DNA of 64,000 bases from the human T2T-CHM13v2.0 reference genome, Homo sapiens, in the NCBI RefSeq assembly GCF_009914755.1, contig NC_060931.1. One strand, 5' to 3'. Positions 21,917 to 48,075 of this stretch are shown piece by piece. Below the pieces are notes generated by a model, which worked only from the letters and a program-made list of their open reading frames with translations, searched no databases and was not told the origin of the DNA. Made by a program: the position numbers and the translations under genes. Numbering within the stretch: the first letter of the stretch is position 1; each line of letters starts with the position of its first letter.

Positions 21917-22833
21917 ATATGTGAGGAAACCAAAATCAATTTGAAATTTTTAAAAAATCAAATGATGTATACTTCAGATTTGTTATATACCCTCTGAGGA
22001 CTTGTGTTATATCGAAGAAATCTACTACTAATAACACCATTCTAGAAAATTAGAAATCCATCAGTATTACACACAAAGTTACCAACTGATCATTTTTAAA
22101 AGGTTAAAAGATCATTCATTTTTTATTTTTAAGTACTTCTATTTTAAAAATGGGAATTATACAACCCCCTGCACAACTATAAACACATTAAATACCACTT
22201 TGCAATGACAGCTCAGCATACTTCACAGTTCTTAACACTATTTTATGAGGAATACAAAATACCTTTTTATTTAAATTAACCCGCTTTAAAAATGTTTTAG
22301 TATATGTGAGAATAAAGGAATTATAAATCAGTAGGAAAGATTTTAAGGTAGAAGCATCAACAATCAGCTCAGTAGATGTTGTCTACATTTATTTTGTACC
22401 TTTATAAAACAAGAACATGCTAATCGGCCTGGGAGGCAGAGGTTGCAGTAAGCTGAGATCTCGACTCACTGCAACCTCCATCACCCGGGCTCCAGCAATT
22501 TTCCAGCCTCGGCCTCTAGAAAAGCTGGGACTACATGCATGCGCCACCATGCCCAGCCAATTTTTGTATTTTTTGTAGAGAAGGGGTTTCACCATGTTGG
22601 CCAGGCTGGTCTCGAACTCCTGACCTCAGGTGATGCGCCTGCCTCGGCCTTCCAAAGTGCTGGGATTACAGGTGTGATCCACTGCACCTGGCTAATTTTT
22701 GTATTTTTGATAGAGACGGGGTCGCACCATGTTGCTCGGGCTGGTCTTGAATTCCTGAGCTCAAACAATCCTCCTGCCTTAGCCTCCAAAGGGCTGGGAT
22801 TACAAGCTTGAGTCACTGAGCCCGATCTACTAA

Positions 22834-23043
<210 letters not shown>

Positions 23044-23254
23044 TAGCCAGGATGGTCTCGATCTCCTGACCTCGTGATCCGCCCGCCTCGGCCTCCCAAA
23101 GTGCTGGGATTACAGGCATGAGCCACCGCGCCTGGCCTACTAATAGAGATTTTAAAACAGCTATTATAAATGTGCAGAGACATAAAGGAAAGTGTGCATA
23201 CACAATGAGTAAAAAGACAAAAATCCCAGGAGAAAAACAAAAATTATAAAATTA

Positions 23255-23754
<500 letters not shown>

Positions 23755-23866
23755 TCACCTGAGGTCAGGAGTTTGAGACCAGCCTGACCAACATGGAAAA
23801 ACCCCGTCTCTACTAAAAATACAAAAATTAGCCGGGCATGGTGGCACACGCCTGTAATACCAGCTA

Positions 23867-24161
<295 letters not shown>

Positions 24162-24493
24162 TCATTGGGAAAAAAAACAAATTATAAAAATGACACAATG
24201 GGAAATAGGAAATCTAAATAGTCATATATCTATTGAAGAAATTATAGCCAAAAACCTTTCCACAAAGAAATCTTCAGGCCCTGCTGATTTCACTATTGAA
24301 TTCTATCAACAAGCAGTTAAAAGAAAAATTCACACAAACTCTCTACAAAACAGAAGAGGGGGTAGTTTTTTCCAATGTATTTTATGAAACCAGATATAAT
24401 GGCAATATAAACACCTGACAGGCCAGGGGCGGTGGCTCATGCCTGTATCCTAGCATTCTGTGAGGTTGAGGTGGGTTGGATCACCTGAGGTCA

Positions 24494-24756
<263 letters not shown>

Positions 24757-25201
24757 TTATACATTAATTTCTGTCATGTGCATAGCTGCAAAAATTCTTT
24801 TTTACTACTATAATTTTAATTGTACAACTAGTAAGTGTGCAAATAAATTTTTCTTAACAACTGAAATATTGAAATGGAAGATAATATTCCATTTAACTAT
24901 TCCCCACATCCTATCTCCTTCCTCTTTTCCCTATTTTTATGATTTTTAGGATTCTAGACATTAAAAAATACTTTTATATACACAAATATAGAGGTATTAA
25001 ATTTTAAAAACACATACATGGCCAGGTACAGTGGCTCACGCCTGTAATCGCAGCACTTTGGGAGGTTGAGGTGGGCAGATCACCAGAGGTCAGGAGTTCA
25101 AGACCAGTCTGGCCAGCGTGGTGAAACCCGGTCTCTACTAAAAATACAAAAAAAAAAATTAGCCAGTCATGGTGGCGGAGGCCTGTAACCCCAGCTACTC
25201 A

Positions 25202-25357
<156 letters not shown>

Positions 25358-25777
25358 CTATACATGTTAATCAGCTAGCTTTATTGAGGAATAATTTATA
25401 TGTAATAAAATTCACCAACTTTATGTGCACAATTTGATAAATTTTAACAAATGTGTATAGTAATGTAATCACCATCATGATCACCATATAGAACATTTCT
25501 GACATCCCTAAAACTTTCCCTATTAGCCCCTATTCAGTCAATTTGTAACCCTCATCCCTCAGCCCTGGCAACCTCTCATCTGTTTTCAGTTGCTATAGTT
25601 TTACTTTTTCTAGAATTTCATTTAGAAGAAATCATACTGCATGGAGTTTTTTTTTTTATCTTAACAAAACATTACCAATCAATTCACTTGTATATAAAAA
25701 AGATTATAGATTAAAACAATTGGCATTTATTCTAGAAATGCAAGGTTAATTCAGCACTCAAAAATCAATAAATGATA

Positions 25778-28195
<2,418 letters not shown>

Positions 28196-28681
28196 CTAAA
28201 AAAATAGCAGAGTATGGTGGTACATGCTCGTCGTCCCAGCTACTCTGGAGGCTGAGGCGGGAGAATCACTTAAGCCCAGGAGTTAGAGTTTGCAGTGAGC
28301 TATGATTGTGCCACTGCGCTGCAGCCTGGGTAACCGAGTAAAACCCTGTCTCAAAAAAAAAAAATTTAAAAATCAATAAACATATTTCACCATATTAATA
28401 GTATAAAGTAAAATCACCATATGACTGACTCAATAAGTGAAAAATATTATATTTGATGAATTGAATTGAATACCCATTTGTGATTTTTAAAGTCTATTAG
28501 TAAAATAAGAATTAAAGAGAACTTCATCAATCTGATAAAAACTGTATTAGAAAAAAATTTAAATCTAACATCATACTTAATAGTAAACATCTGAGTGCTT
28601 TCTTCACAAGATTGAAAATAAAGCAGAGATGTCAGCTGTTGCCATTTTATACATTGTACTGGAGGTTCTTTTTTTTTTTGA

Positions 28682-28801
<120 letters not shown>

Positions 28802-28882
28802 TAGGCACCCGCCACCACGCCCGGCTAATTTTTTGTATTTTTAGTAGAGATGGGTTTCACCATGTTAGCCAGGATGGTCTCA

Positions 28883-29188
<306 letters not shown>

Positions 29189-29220
29189 TCACTACTAATA
29201 CTATAGGAATAAAATAATGA

Positions 29221-29445
<225 letters not shown>

Positions 29446-29734
29446 TAGCCAGGATGGTCTCGAGCTCCTGACCTCATGATCCACCCGCTTCGGCCTCCCA
29501 AAGTGCTGGGATTACAGGCGTGAGCCACGGCGCCCGGTCAGATCACAACTTTTTAAAAACTCATCCTAGTACTGACGTTTCAGGTCGACCAATTGTTCCA
29601 GAATCGAAGGAGAGACAGAAACCCACAGGAAAAGACAAGATGGGAGCATCAACTTTTCTAGGCAAGAAAGACGCAGACATCAGTGAGAAGAGTTCTAAAG
29701 CAAGGAGCAAATTGCTAGAACATGCCTTGCCTGA

Positions 29735-29911
<177 letters not shown>

Positions 29912-30539
29912 TGAGTAGCTGGGGTTATAGCCGTGCCACCACGCCCAACTAATTTTTGTATTTTTAGTAGAGACGGAGTTTCACTATGTTGGCCAGGTTG
30001 GTCTTGAACGCCTCACCTCGTGATCCACCCACCTCGCCCTCCCAAAGTGCTGGGATTACAGGCGTGAACTACCACGCCCAGGCCTGTAGCTGCTTTTTTT
30101 TGTTTGTTTTCTGGTTTGGTTTTTATTTGTCCTTATTTGGAAATCTGTCATTCTAAGTAGAGAATACAAGGTATATTAATTATATTTTTTAATTTATTAA
30201 GGTTTGATTTAATGTATGTATTTAATTTTTATTTGTAATTTCAACTTTTAGATTCAGAGAGTACATGTGCAGGTTTGTTATGAGGAAATACTGAATGTGC
30301 TGAGTTGGGGGTGTGAATGATCCCATCACCCAGGTACTGAGCATAGTACTCAATAGGTAGATTTTCTGCCCTCACCCCCTCCCTCCCTCACCCTCTAGTA
30401 GTCCTCAGTGTCCATTGTTGCCATCTATGGCATGAGTCTCATACTCATATGTCTATGAGTACCCAATGTTTACCCCCACTTATAAATGAGAACATGTGGT
30501 ATTTGGTTTTCTGTTCATGTATTAATTAACTTAGGATAA

Positions 30540-30861
<322 letters not shown>

Positions 30862-31549
30862 TGATCCGCCTGTCTTGGCCTCCGAAAGTGCTGGGGTTAC
30901 AGGCATGAGCCACCGCGCTTGGCCATGTACCACATTTTTTAATCCAATCTGCCACTGATGGACACCTAGGTGGATTCCATGTCTCAGCTATTGTGAATAG
31001 CGCTGAGATGAAAACAAGTGCAGGCCAGGTGTGGTGGCTCACACCCATAATCCCAACACTTCAGGAGGCTGAGGCAGGCAGATCACTTGAGGTCAGGAGT
31101 TTGAGAGCAGCTTGGCCAACATGGTGAAACCCCATCCCTACTAAAATTACAAACATTAGCTGGGCGTGGTGCATGCCTGTAATCTCAGCTACTCAGGAGG
31201 CTGAGGCACGAGAATCGGTTGAACCCGGGAAGTGGAGGTTCCAGTAAGCCAAGATTGTGCCACTGCACTCCCGCCTGGGTGACAGAGCGAGACTCTATCT
31301 CAAATTTAAAAAAAAGAAAACAGGATGGGCGTGGTGGCTTACACCTGTATTCCCAGCACTTTGAGAGGCTGAGGCAGGCGGATCACCTGAGGTCGGGAGT
31401 TTGAGACCAGCCTGACCAACATGGTGAAACCCCGTCTCTAATAAAAATACAAAATTAGCCAGGTGTGGTGGCGCATGCCTGTAATCCCAGCTACTCAGGA
31501 GGCTGAGGCAGGAGAATCACTTGAACCCAGGAGGCAGAGGCTGCAGTGA

Positions 31550-32030
<481 letters not shown>

Positions 32031-32720
32031 TAGCCAGGATGGTCTCGATCTCCTGACCTCGTGATCCGCCCGCCTCGGCCTCCCAAAGTGCTGGGATTAC
32101 AGGCGCGAGCCACCGCGCCCGGCCACCTGTGTCTTTTTTGTAGAACAAAAAATAATCTGTAGCTCCTTGAAAACTTTTTCTCCTTGAACTCAACTAGACA
32201 TTCAGTGAAAGATTGATAGGACTCTGAAAAAAAAATATCTCTCTCAAGTTACAGAACTGGGACATGCAACAGCAGCAATGCTGGCAAGAAGCTCCACTCA
32301 CAACTTTCTCCTCTACAGAATAAAAAAGCCTTCATCTATGGGTGAAGAGCCAGGAAGCACTCTCTTAGGGCGCTGGTGAAAGCACATTGCTGCTGAAAGT
32401 AGGGAACACAAAGAAAGCTTGAAGCCCTAGAAGATGTGCAGAAATTCACAATGGATTCAGAACCATGTCAGAAGAAGAGAAAGAGAAGGTCAAATCCCTG
32501 GGGCCCAGAGGGAGAGTGTTTGCCTAAGACTGGCAATCAAATAAAAAAGTATTCTCACGTACCTTCATCACCAGGCTAACTGCTGTCAAGATACATATTC
32601 TTTGCAAGAGATATTGCAAGAGACATACTCTTTCTGAGGCATAGCACAAAAGGAAGACTTAAGGTTGAGGGTGAAATCATCATCAGAAAAACATCCTCTG
32701 GCAAACCAACCCCACCCTCA

Positions 32721-33073
<353 letters not shown>

Positions 33074-33201
33074 TCACACTATAGCAACATCAAATCTCAA
33101 GCCCAGCTTTACTCAGAGAAACACAAACCTCTGTACTAAAGGCCTGGTAAAAGAAAAGGCATGTCAGTTTCAGACATAAAATCTACTTATCTCAGTTTCT
33201 A

Positions 33202-33451
<250 letters not shown>

Positions 33452-33909
33452 TCAGAGTTTTATGATTTCAGGTCTTACTTTTAGGTCTTTTATCTATTTT
33501 GAGTTGGTTTTTTGGTATAGTATAAGATAATGGTCCAATATCATTCTTTTGCATATAGAAATTCAGTTTTCCTGGAACCATTTAGTGAAGAGATGATTTT
33601 TTTCCTCATTATGTCCTCTTGGTGCCCTTTTCAAAAATTAGCTAACCATGAATGTTTGGATTTATTTCTGGGAGCTCTATTGTGTTTCACTGGTCTATGT
33701 TTCTGTTTCTATGATGGTACCATACTATACTGATTACTATAGCTTTGTAATATAATTTTAAATCAGGATGTGTGATGCTCTGTGTTCATTGCAGTATTTT
33801 TTTAATAGCTAAGATATGGAAACTTAAGTTCTATTATGATCCTAGTCACTCTTTTTTCAATCCCTCCCTTCACTTCTTTTATCCCTCTCTCCCTTCCTCC
33901 CTCTCTTTC

Positions 33910-34930
<1,021 letters not shown>

Positions 34931-34931
34931 A

Positions 34932-35220
34932 CAGAGGGGTCCTTGGAGAGGTAATTAGGTCATATGGCTCCACCCACATGAATAGGACTAGTGCTTTTAT
35001 AACAGAAGCTTGAGGGACACTGTTTGCTTCTCCTGCCATGTGAGGACACAGCTAGAAGCCATTTTTGAAGCAGAGAGTAAGCCCCCACCTGACACCAAAC
35101 CTGCTGGTGCTTTGATCTTGGACTTCCCATCCTCTAGAACTGTGAACAATGCATTTCTATTGTATATAAATTACCAAGTCTGAGGTATTTTGTTATAGCT
35201 GCCCAAACAGACTAAGACAC
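34932..35220 (+). mobile_element. MaLR LTR (MST/MLT1A-type) 3' part
   Basis: gacaccaaacctgctggtgctttgatcttggacttccc...gtattttgttatagc...gactaagaca. Confidence 0.75.
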
Positions 35221-35435
35221 TTGCTAAAGATTTGTTGCTAGCATTTGCATATCAGCATTTGCATAATGTTTGACTAATTGGCTTTTGGGATCCCTTCTAA
35301 TCCTAAAATTTTATGTTTTAGAGTCATGTGAACAAAGGAGTATTAACCATGATTTGTTAAACAAGAAAGCCCAAAGATAAAATGGAATGAGCATAGGCCA
35401 ATGTTTCAGTCCCTGAGAAATTCCTCTGATGGTTA

Positions 35436-35823
<388 letters not shown>

Positions 35824-36181
35824 TCATTAAAAAATTATTTATTGTCAGTGCATACATTCTGCAAATATATCCATCAAAACAGCACTGTTCTTCTCATTTA
35901 TTGGGCGATTCAGAAGTTTTACTTTGAATTTCTTTGGTATTAAGTAGAAATAGTCTGTTGCACTGCTAACAAGGTCATCGGACTCAAAAAACATGTAACA
36001 ATTATCTAAATCACCATTGATACTTAAAACTCCAATTAGTATAAAAGCTAATTCATGCCCAAACATAACAAACAAGACTTTATCTTCTATGCCTACATCA
36101 GTTTTCCAAGTCAATATTTTTAGGCTATATAATCTTATTGAAGTACAAAATGCAGAGTTATATTTGAAAGATATACTTAAC

Positions 36182-36235
36182 TGTATCTCCATCAGCAGGT
36201 ATTTGTGTGGGCATAGCCATTGTTCTTTCTGCCAT
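36182..36235 (-). CDS. SEPTIN14: Septin-14, first coding exon (MAERTMAMPTQIPADGDT); the exon extends 5' to 36250 (15 nt UTR)
   Basis: ATG at 36235-36233 and 18 codons. Acceptor ttatttttttaaatttccag ends at 36251. Donor ACA|GTTAAG is phase 0 and joins in frame to QKENN of the next exon. Matches the recalled SEPT14 N-terminus. Confidence 0.92.
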
Positions 36236-36756
36236 GCTACACTAAAAGAGCTGGAAATTTAAAAAAATAAACATTTTTAAAAATTTCTTACAAAGGCTAT
36301 ATTCTTACTATATAATTTAGATAATTAGGGGGCATAATATGGGTATTTTTGCAAGCTTTAGTTTTTAGTTCACACTATTCATCTGTTTTAAACTGTGGCT
36401 GTCTTGCTAGATGGGCTTCTACATGATGAATAATATGTAATATTCAACTTATAATGTAGAGTAATACATTTAACCATAAGCACACAAAAAGCATCTTAAA
36501 GTTAAACTCCCTTTGGAAATCAAGAGGATAAGAGCATTCTTCTTCTTTAAATGACTCCATGGTCGTAAGAAAGGAAAGTAGAAAATTTTGCTTTAAAAAA
36601 TGGTTAAAAAAAAAACAAAACAAGACACTCACAAGCACTTAACTTTCCAGAGTAGCATACCAGAGGAGGCTTAGGCATTTGAATTTACCCATTGAAAGAG
36701 AATTGTGAAAGCAGACCTTAAAAAACCTAAACAAGTTCTTTAGACACTGAACTAAA

Positions 36757-36995
36757 ATAATGATAATTCTCATTTATGAAGCATCTATTATACAGCTAGC
36801 ATTGTGCTAAGGGTTTATGTGCTTTATTTACCTCTGTTAGTCCTCATAGTAGATCTGAGATGTATGTATTTTCATTGCCATATGCCAGGTGAAAAAATTC
36901 AGACTCAGAAAGATTAAATAACTTACTTTCCCAGGGATTCAGCTGTGCAGCAGACACAGGTCCGAACTGATTCCAAGCTGGTGTCCTTTCTACTG
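36757..36995 (-). mobile_element. MIR SINE overlapping the probable SEPTIN14 exon 1
   Basis: Minus strand reads AAGTTATTTAATCTTTCTGAGTCTGAATTTTTTCACCTG...CTTAGCACAATGCTAG...TCATAAATG, resembling the MIR core and 3' end. Confidence 0.75.
36927..36991 (-). other. SEPTIN14: Probable non-coding exon 1 of SEPTIN14 (5' boundary approximate)
   Basis: Consensus donor GAAA|GTAAGT at 36926, 676 nt upstream of the exon-2 acceptor; TATA-like TATTTAT at ~37020-37014. TSS is inferred, not observed. Confidence 0.55.
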
Positions 36996-37695
36996 TCCCC
37001 AGTTGTGGACCAAATAAATATTCACTGTGTTTGTAACAGTTGGGAACAGGGAGGAGAGGTACAAGAGAGCGTGCTGTGCTCATCTCCAAGCAGAACTGCC
37101 TGAGAAGGCCATGCTACCCTACTTTTGAACACAGCACAGAGATACTAAGAATATGAGACATGTTTCAAAAGGAAATATTATATATTTGTAAAGCAAGTAT
37201 TTGAAATATTTGAGAAGCAAACAGAATCAAAGAATGGTTCTGTGCCATAATCTCTTCACTTGCTCTATCCTGAGGATTATTGCACTTTAGTATACAAACG
37301 TATATCATTTTCCCTAAAATTAAGCAATGTTTTCTGATATAGATAGAGTTCTGTTTTGTGGTGTGGTTTAATCTAGACCAGTATGTATGAAGGTTTTTAA
37401 AATTTATTTATTTATCAGAAACTTAATGGTGGACATTGCAGTAATTTTGAGCCTTTTTTTTTTTTTGCTCTACCTCCTGGGTTCACACCATTCTCCTGCC
37501 TCAGCCTCCCTAGTAGCTGGGACTACAGGCACCCGCCACCACGCCCAGCTAATTTTTTGTATTTTTAGTAAAGATGAGGTTTCACTGTGTTAGCCAGGAT
37601 AGTCTCAATCTCCTGACCTTGTGATCCACCTGCCTCAGCCTCCCAAAGTGCTGGGATTACAGGTGTGAGCCACCGCACCTGGCCAGTAATTTCTA

Positions 37696-38104
<409 letters not shown>

Positions 38105-38267
38105 CTACTACAAAATTCAAGAGTCTCTATCTCTGTATAATGACTGAATTTTTGGCAAATCTGCCAAAAATTATTTGAGAACTAGAGATGCAACTTATCT
38201 TGTATTTAAAAGCCTAATTAAGTGTCTTAAACAAAGAGGGGTTTATTTCTTTCACATAAGTCTAGAG

Positions 38268-40918
<2,651 letters not shown>

Positions 40919-41141
40919 TTAAATTTTATTATACATCGACAAATTATCATTATATATAGTTATGGGTACAAAGTGATGTCATAAATTTTTAGTACAATAT
41001 GAAATAACTAATCAAATTGACATACTCATAACCTGAAATATTTAGTTTTTTTGTGGTGAGAACATTTGAAATTTACCGTCTTAGTAATTTTGAAATGGAC
41101 AGTGCACAAGTATTTTCTTTTTTCTTTTTTTATTTTTTTGA

Positions 41142-41439
<298 letters not shown>

Positions 41440-41926
41440 TAAGTATATTCACCAACCTGTGCAATAGCTCTCAAAAAATCCAAATCTTCCCAAACTAAAA
41501 CTTTATATCCATAAAACAATAACTATCCTTTCTCCCCTATTTCTGGGACTCACAATTGTATTTTCTGTGTCTATGAATTTGACTACTTTAGGTACCTCAT
41601 ACAAATGGGATTCTGTAACATTTGTCCCTTTGTGACTGAATTATTTCATTTAGCATAATGTCTTCAAGGTTCATCTCTGTTTTAACATGTGTCAGAATTT
41701 CCTTCCTTTTTAGGGCTAAATGATATTCCATTGTACATACATACCATATATTGCTTATCCATTCATTTATCAGTGGACATTTCAGTTGCTTCCACCTGTT
41801 GGCTATTGTGAATAATGCTGCTGTGAATATAAATGTGCAAATATCTTTTCTGGACCCTGCTTTCTATTCTTTTGGGCATACACCCTGAGGTGGAATTGTT
41901 GAATCGTATGGTAATTCTATGCTTAA

Positions 41927-42322
<396 letters not shown>

Positions 42323-42378
42323 TGACTTCACCAGCACATGTTACTGTGGTTTTGGATAGCAGCCATCCTAATGGGTGT

Positions 42379-43119
42379 GTGTACCTAAAAGTATCTGAGA
42401 CAGGTCTCAATCAATTTAGAAAGTTTAGGCCGGGTGCGGTGGCTCACGCCTGTAATTCCAGCACTTTGGGAGGCCAAGGTGGGTGGATTGCCTGAGGTCA
42501 GGATTTGAGACCAGCCTGGCTAACATGGTGAAACCCCGTCTACTAAAAATACAAAAATTAGCCGGGCATGGTGGCAGGCACCTATAGGCTGAGGCAGGAG
42601 AATTGCTGGAACCCAGGAGGTGGAGGTTGCAGCGAACCAAGATCATGCCCACTGCACTCCAGCCTGGGTGACAGAGCAAGACTCCATCTCCAAAAAAAGA
42701 GAAAAAGAAAGTTTATTTTGCCAAGGTTAAGGACACTCCTGTGACACAGCATCAGGAGGTCCCGATGACATGTGCCCAAAGTGGTCAGGGGTACAGTTTG
42801 CTTTTACACATCAGGGAGACATAATATACATCAATCAATATGTGTAAAATTTACATTGGTTTGATCTGGAAGGGTGAGACAACTTGAAGTTGTGTGGGGA
42901 GGGGAGGTTCAAGGTCATAAGTAGATTTTTAAATGTTGTGATTGGCAATTGGTTGAAAGAATTGTTATCAATAGAAAGGAATGTCTGGGTAACAATAAAG
43001 GGTTCTGGAAACCAATGTTTTATTATGCAGATGAAGCCTCCAAGTAGCAAGATTCAGGGAGAACAGATTGTAAATGTTTCTTATCAGACTTAAAGTCTGT
43101 TGATGTTAATGCTGGTCAG
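42379..43119 (-). mobile_element. MER4A-like ERV1 LTR, 5'-truncated, interrupted by an Alu (42427-~42705, TSD agaaagttta)
   Basis: aaaagtatctgagacaggtctcaatcaatttaga...ttttgccaaggttaaggac...aggaggtcc.gatgacatgtgccc matches the reverse of the MER4A 3' end. Confidence 0.75.
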
Positions 43120-44159
<1,040 letters not shown>

Positions 44160-44759
44160 TAGTAGAGATGGAGTTTCACCATGTTGGCCAGGGTGGTCTT
44201 GAACTCCTGACCTCAGGCGATCCACCCGCCTTGGCCTCCTAAAGTGCTGGGATTACAGGCGTGAGCCACCATGCCCAGCCAATTTTTGTATTTTTAGTAA
44301 AGATGGGGTTTCACCATGTTGGCCAGGCTGGTCTCAAACTCCTGGCCTCAAGTGATCACCTTGAGTGCTAGGATTCCAGGTGTGAGCCACTGCACTTGGC
44401 CCCTATAAAAGTTTGGAAAAAAGGAGAAAAATTTCAGGACCTGGCGCTGGTGAAAAATTCTTAGACTTGACAACAAAGACAATACATAAAAGAAAAAACT
44501 GGTAAATTATCATCAAAATTTAAAAATTAAAAATATTTGCACTGTGAAAATTCTATGTAAAGGATAAAAAGACAGGCTACAGACTAGGGGAAAATATTTT
44601 CATACCACACATTTAACACTGAACTTGAATCTAGAATACATAAATAACTTTTTTAAAACTCAAAAGCAGCCTGGGATTTGAGGTTGCAGTGAGCTAGGAT
44701 TGTGCCACTGCACTCCAGTCTTGGCAACAGAGCAAGACCCTGTCTCTAAAAAATTACAG

Positions 44760-46015
44760 AGATGCTGGGAGAACTGGCTAACCATATACAGAAAATTGAA
44801 ATTGGACATCTTCCTTACATCATACACAAAAATCAATGCAAGATAGATTACAGACTTAAATGTGCAACTCAAAGCTATAAAAACCCTAGAAGAAAACCTA
44901 GGCAACACCATTCAGGACATGGGCACGGGCAAAGATTTCACAACAAAGAGGACAGAACAATTGCAACAAAAGCAAAAATTGACAAATGGGATCTAATTAA
45001 AGAGCTTCTGCACAGCAAAAGAAACAATCAACAGAGTAAACAGACAACCTACAGAATGGAAGAAAATTTTTGCAATCCATCCATCTGATAAATGTCTGAT
45101 ATCCACCATCTATAAGGAACTTAAACGATTGTACAAGAAAAAAACACCACCATTAAAAAGTGGGCAAAGGACATGAACGGACACTTGTCAAAAGAAGACA
45201 TACATACATGCACTCAAAAAGCTCAAGATCACTGATCATTAGAGAAATGCAAATCAAAACCACAATGAGATACCGTCTCACACCAGTCAGAATAGTGATT
45301 ATTAAAAAGTCAAAAAACAACAGATGCTGGTGAGGTTGTGGAGAAAAAGGAACACTTTTACACTGTTGGTGGGAGAGTAAATTAGTTCAGCCATTGTGGA
45401 ATACAGTGTAGCGATTCCTCAAAGACCCAGAGGCAGAAATACCATTTGACTCAGCAATCCCATTACTGGGTGTATACCCAGAGGAATATAAATGATTCTA
45501 TTATAAAGATACATGTACTTGTATGATCACTGCAGCACTATTCACAATAAAAAGACATGGAATTAGCCTCAATCGCCATCAATAATAGATTGGATAAAGA
45601 AAATCTGGTATAGATATACCATGGAATACTATGCAGCCATAAAAAGGAACAAGAAAGATCATGTCCTTTGCAGGGACATGGATGGAGCTGGAAGCCATTA
45701 TCTTCATCAGACTAATGCAGTAACAGAAAACCAAATACCACGTGTTCTCATCATTCGGCTCGCGCTCACAAGTGCGAGCCGAATGATGAGAACTCATGGA
45801 CACATGGTGGGGAACAACACACACCGGCGCCTGTCGGAGGGTAGGAGGTAGGAGGAGGGAAAGCATCAGGAAGAACAACTAATGGATGCTGGCCTGAATA
45901 CCTAGGTAATGGGATGATCTGTGCAGCAAACCACTGTAGCACACATTTACCTATGTAACAAACCTGCACATCCTGCGCATGTACTTAAAATAAAAGTTGG
46001 AAATAGAAAAAAAAG
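44760..46015 (+). mobile_element. L1PA-type 3' end (5'-truncated) with poly-A tail
   Basis: [11 protein letters not shown] and MEYYAAIK motifs; 3'UTR tttacctatgtaacaaacctgcacatcctg; A-tail. Confidence 0.88.
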
Positions 46016-46621
46016 TACAGAGCTAATCATGAATGCAAATGGCTTTGGGAGGGCTCACGTGTCCACTTAAAAACCTGCGGCAACACCACAAAGCCAAAAA
46101 TGGATAATTACCACACAGAAAGAATTGCTGGAGAGATTGACATACCTGAGATGTCTGGGGATGGCAAGGAACAAAGAAGGGCAGAAGCTATCAGTATCAG
46201 CCACAGAGTAGGTGTCATCATGGTCCCCAGTGGCCTGTTCTGCAGAGGACACCAGCATTGCCACTTAAGTAACTAAAAGCCATTGCCACCGCATACCTCC
46301 TGGAGAGAAAGCTGCTACTGTGCCCGCTAGAAAGCCACTGTTGTACCATCCCGGCTGGAGCCACCAATCCCCACAACCCTAAGCATCCCCATACTAGAGT
46401 CAAAGCTGCCCCATGTGTGTCCATACTCCAGTCCCAAGCTCTGTGGCTGCACCGTGCATACCTACATTCGAGGCACCAAAACCACCACCACAGCTGGTTA
46501 ACCCCACCCCAGGTCATGAAAGTGTGGTCATTCTGCACATCTGTGCTCCAGAGTTCAGTTCCACCACTGCTCCATGAGTGCCCACGTCTCAGACATCAGA
46601 ACCACCTCCACAGTGAGCTAG

Positions 46622-46885
<264 letters not shown>

Positions 46886-47323
46886 TAGCCAGGATGGTCT
46901 CGATCTCCTGACCTCGTGATCCGCCCGCCTCGGCCTCCCAAAGTCCTGGGATTACAGGCGTAAGCCACCGCGCCTGGCCTATTTTTTTGTTTTTGTTTGT
47001 TTGTTTCTTGAGACAGAGTCTCACTCTGTCACCCAGGCTAGAGTGCAGTGGTGCAATCTTGGCTCACCACAACCTCCACCTCCCGGGTTCAAGAGATTCT
47101 TGTGCCTCAGGCCAGGCATCTTGGGCACTGATGCCACTGCTATTATTACATATAGGTATAAGTTAACCGCAGCCATTTTTAGTCTCTTGTAGTCTACCAG
47201 TAGCTTTTTGTCTTACCCTAATGATTGCCTGAAAGCACTTGCCATCACCTACAGGCTATGGTATTTCATCTTAAAAAAAGAAGCACTACAGGCTGGGCGC
47301 CATGGCCCATGCCTGTAATCTTA

Positions 47324-47632
<309 letters not shown>

Positions 47633-48075
47633 TCAGATCTCAACTGAAAAGGATTGCACCAGGTACTTTGGGGTACCAGCTTCTGATGGCATCACTTAAA
47701 TTTGAGACTCTACCAGTCTCAAATTTAACAAATTTGAGTCAAAAATTGTTTACAAATTTGTTAACAAACAGAGTCACAAATTCCGGAATTCTAGTTAAGA
47801 AGCGGATGAGTCCTGGAGACTACTAAATTCAAGATAGAGCATAACAAGAATTAATTACACAGAAATGAGTGAGCTGATGAGTAATGACTTTGTTATTTGG
47901 ACTCTTGCTGATGTTCCAATGTTCTACTTTTTGCATATATAAGAAACCTCTTTTTTCTCTTAAGATATCTATAACATAAAAATTTAATAGTCTATGCTTT
48001 TGTAAACGGAAGTGAAACGTTTATATATATGTCTTATTTTCCCTGCCTGGCTCCTCCAGAATTTGAAAACCCTTA

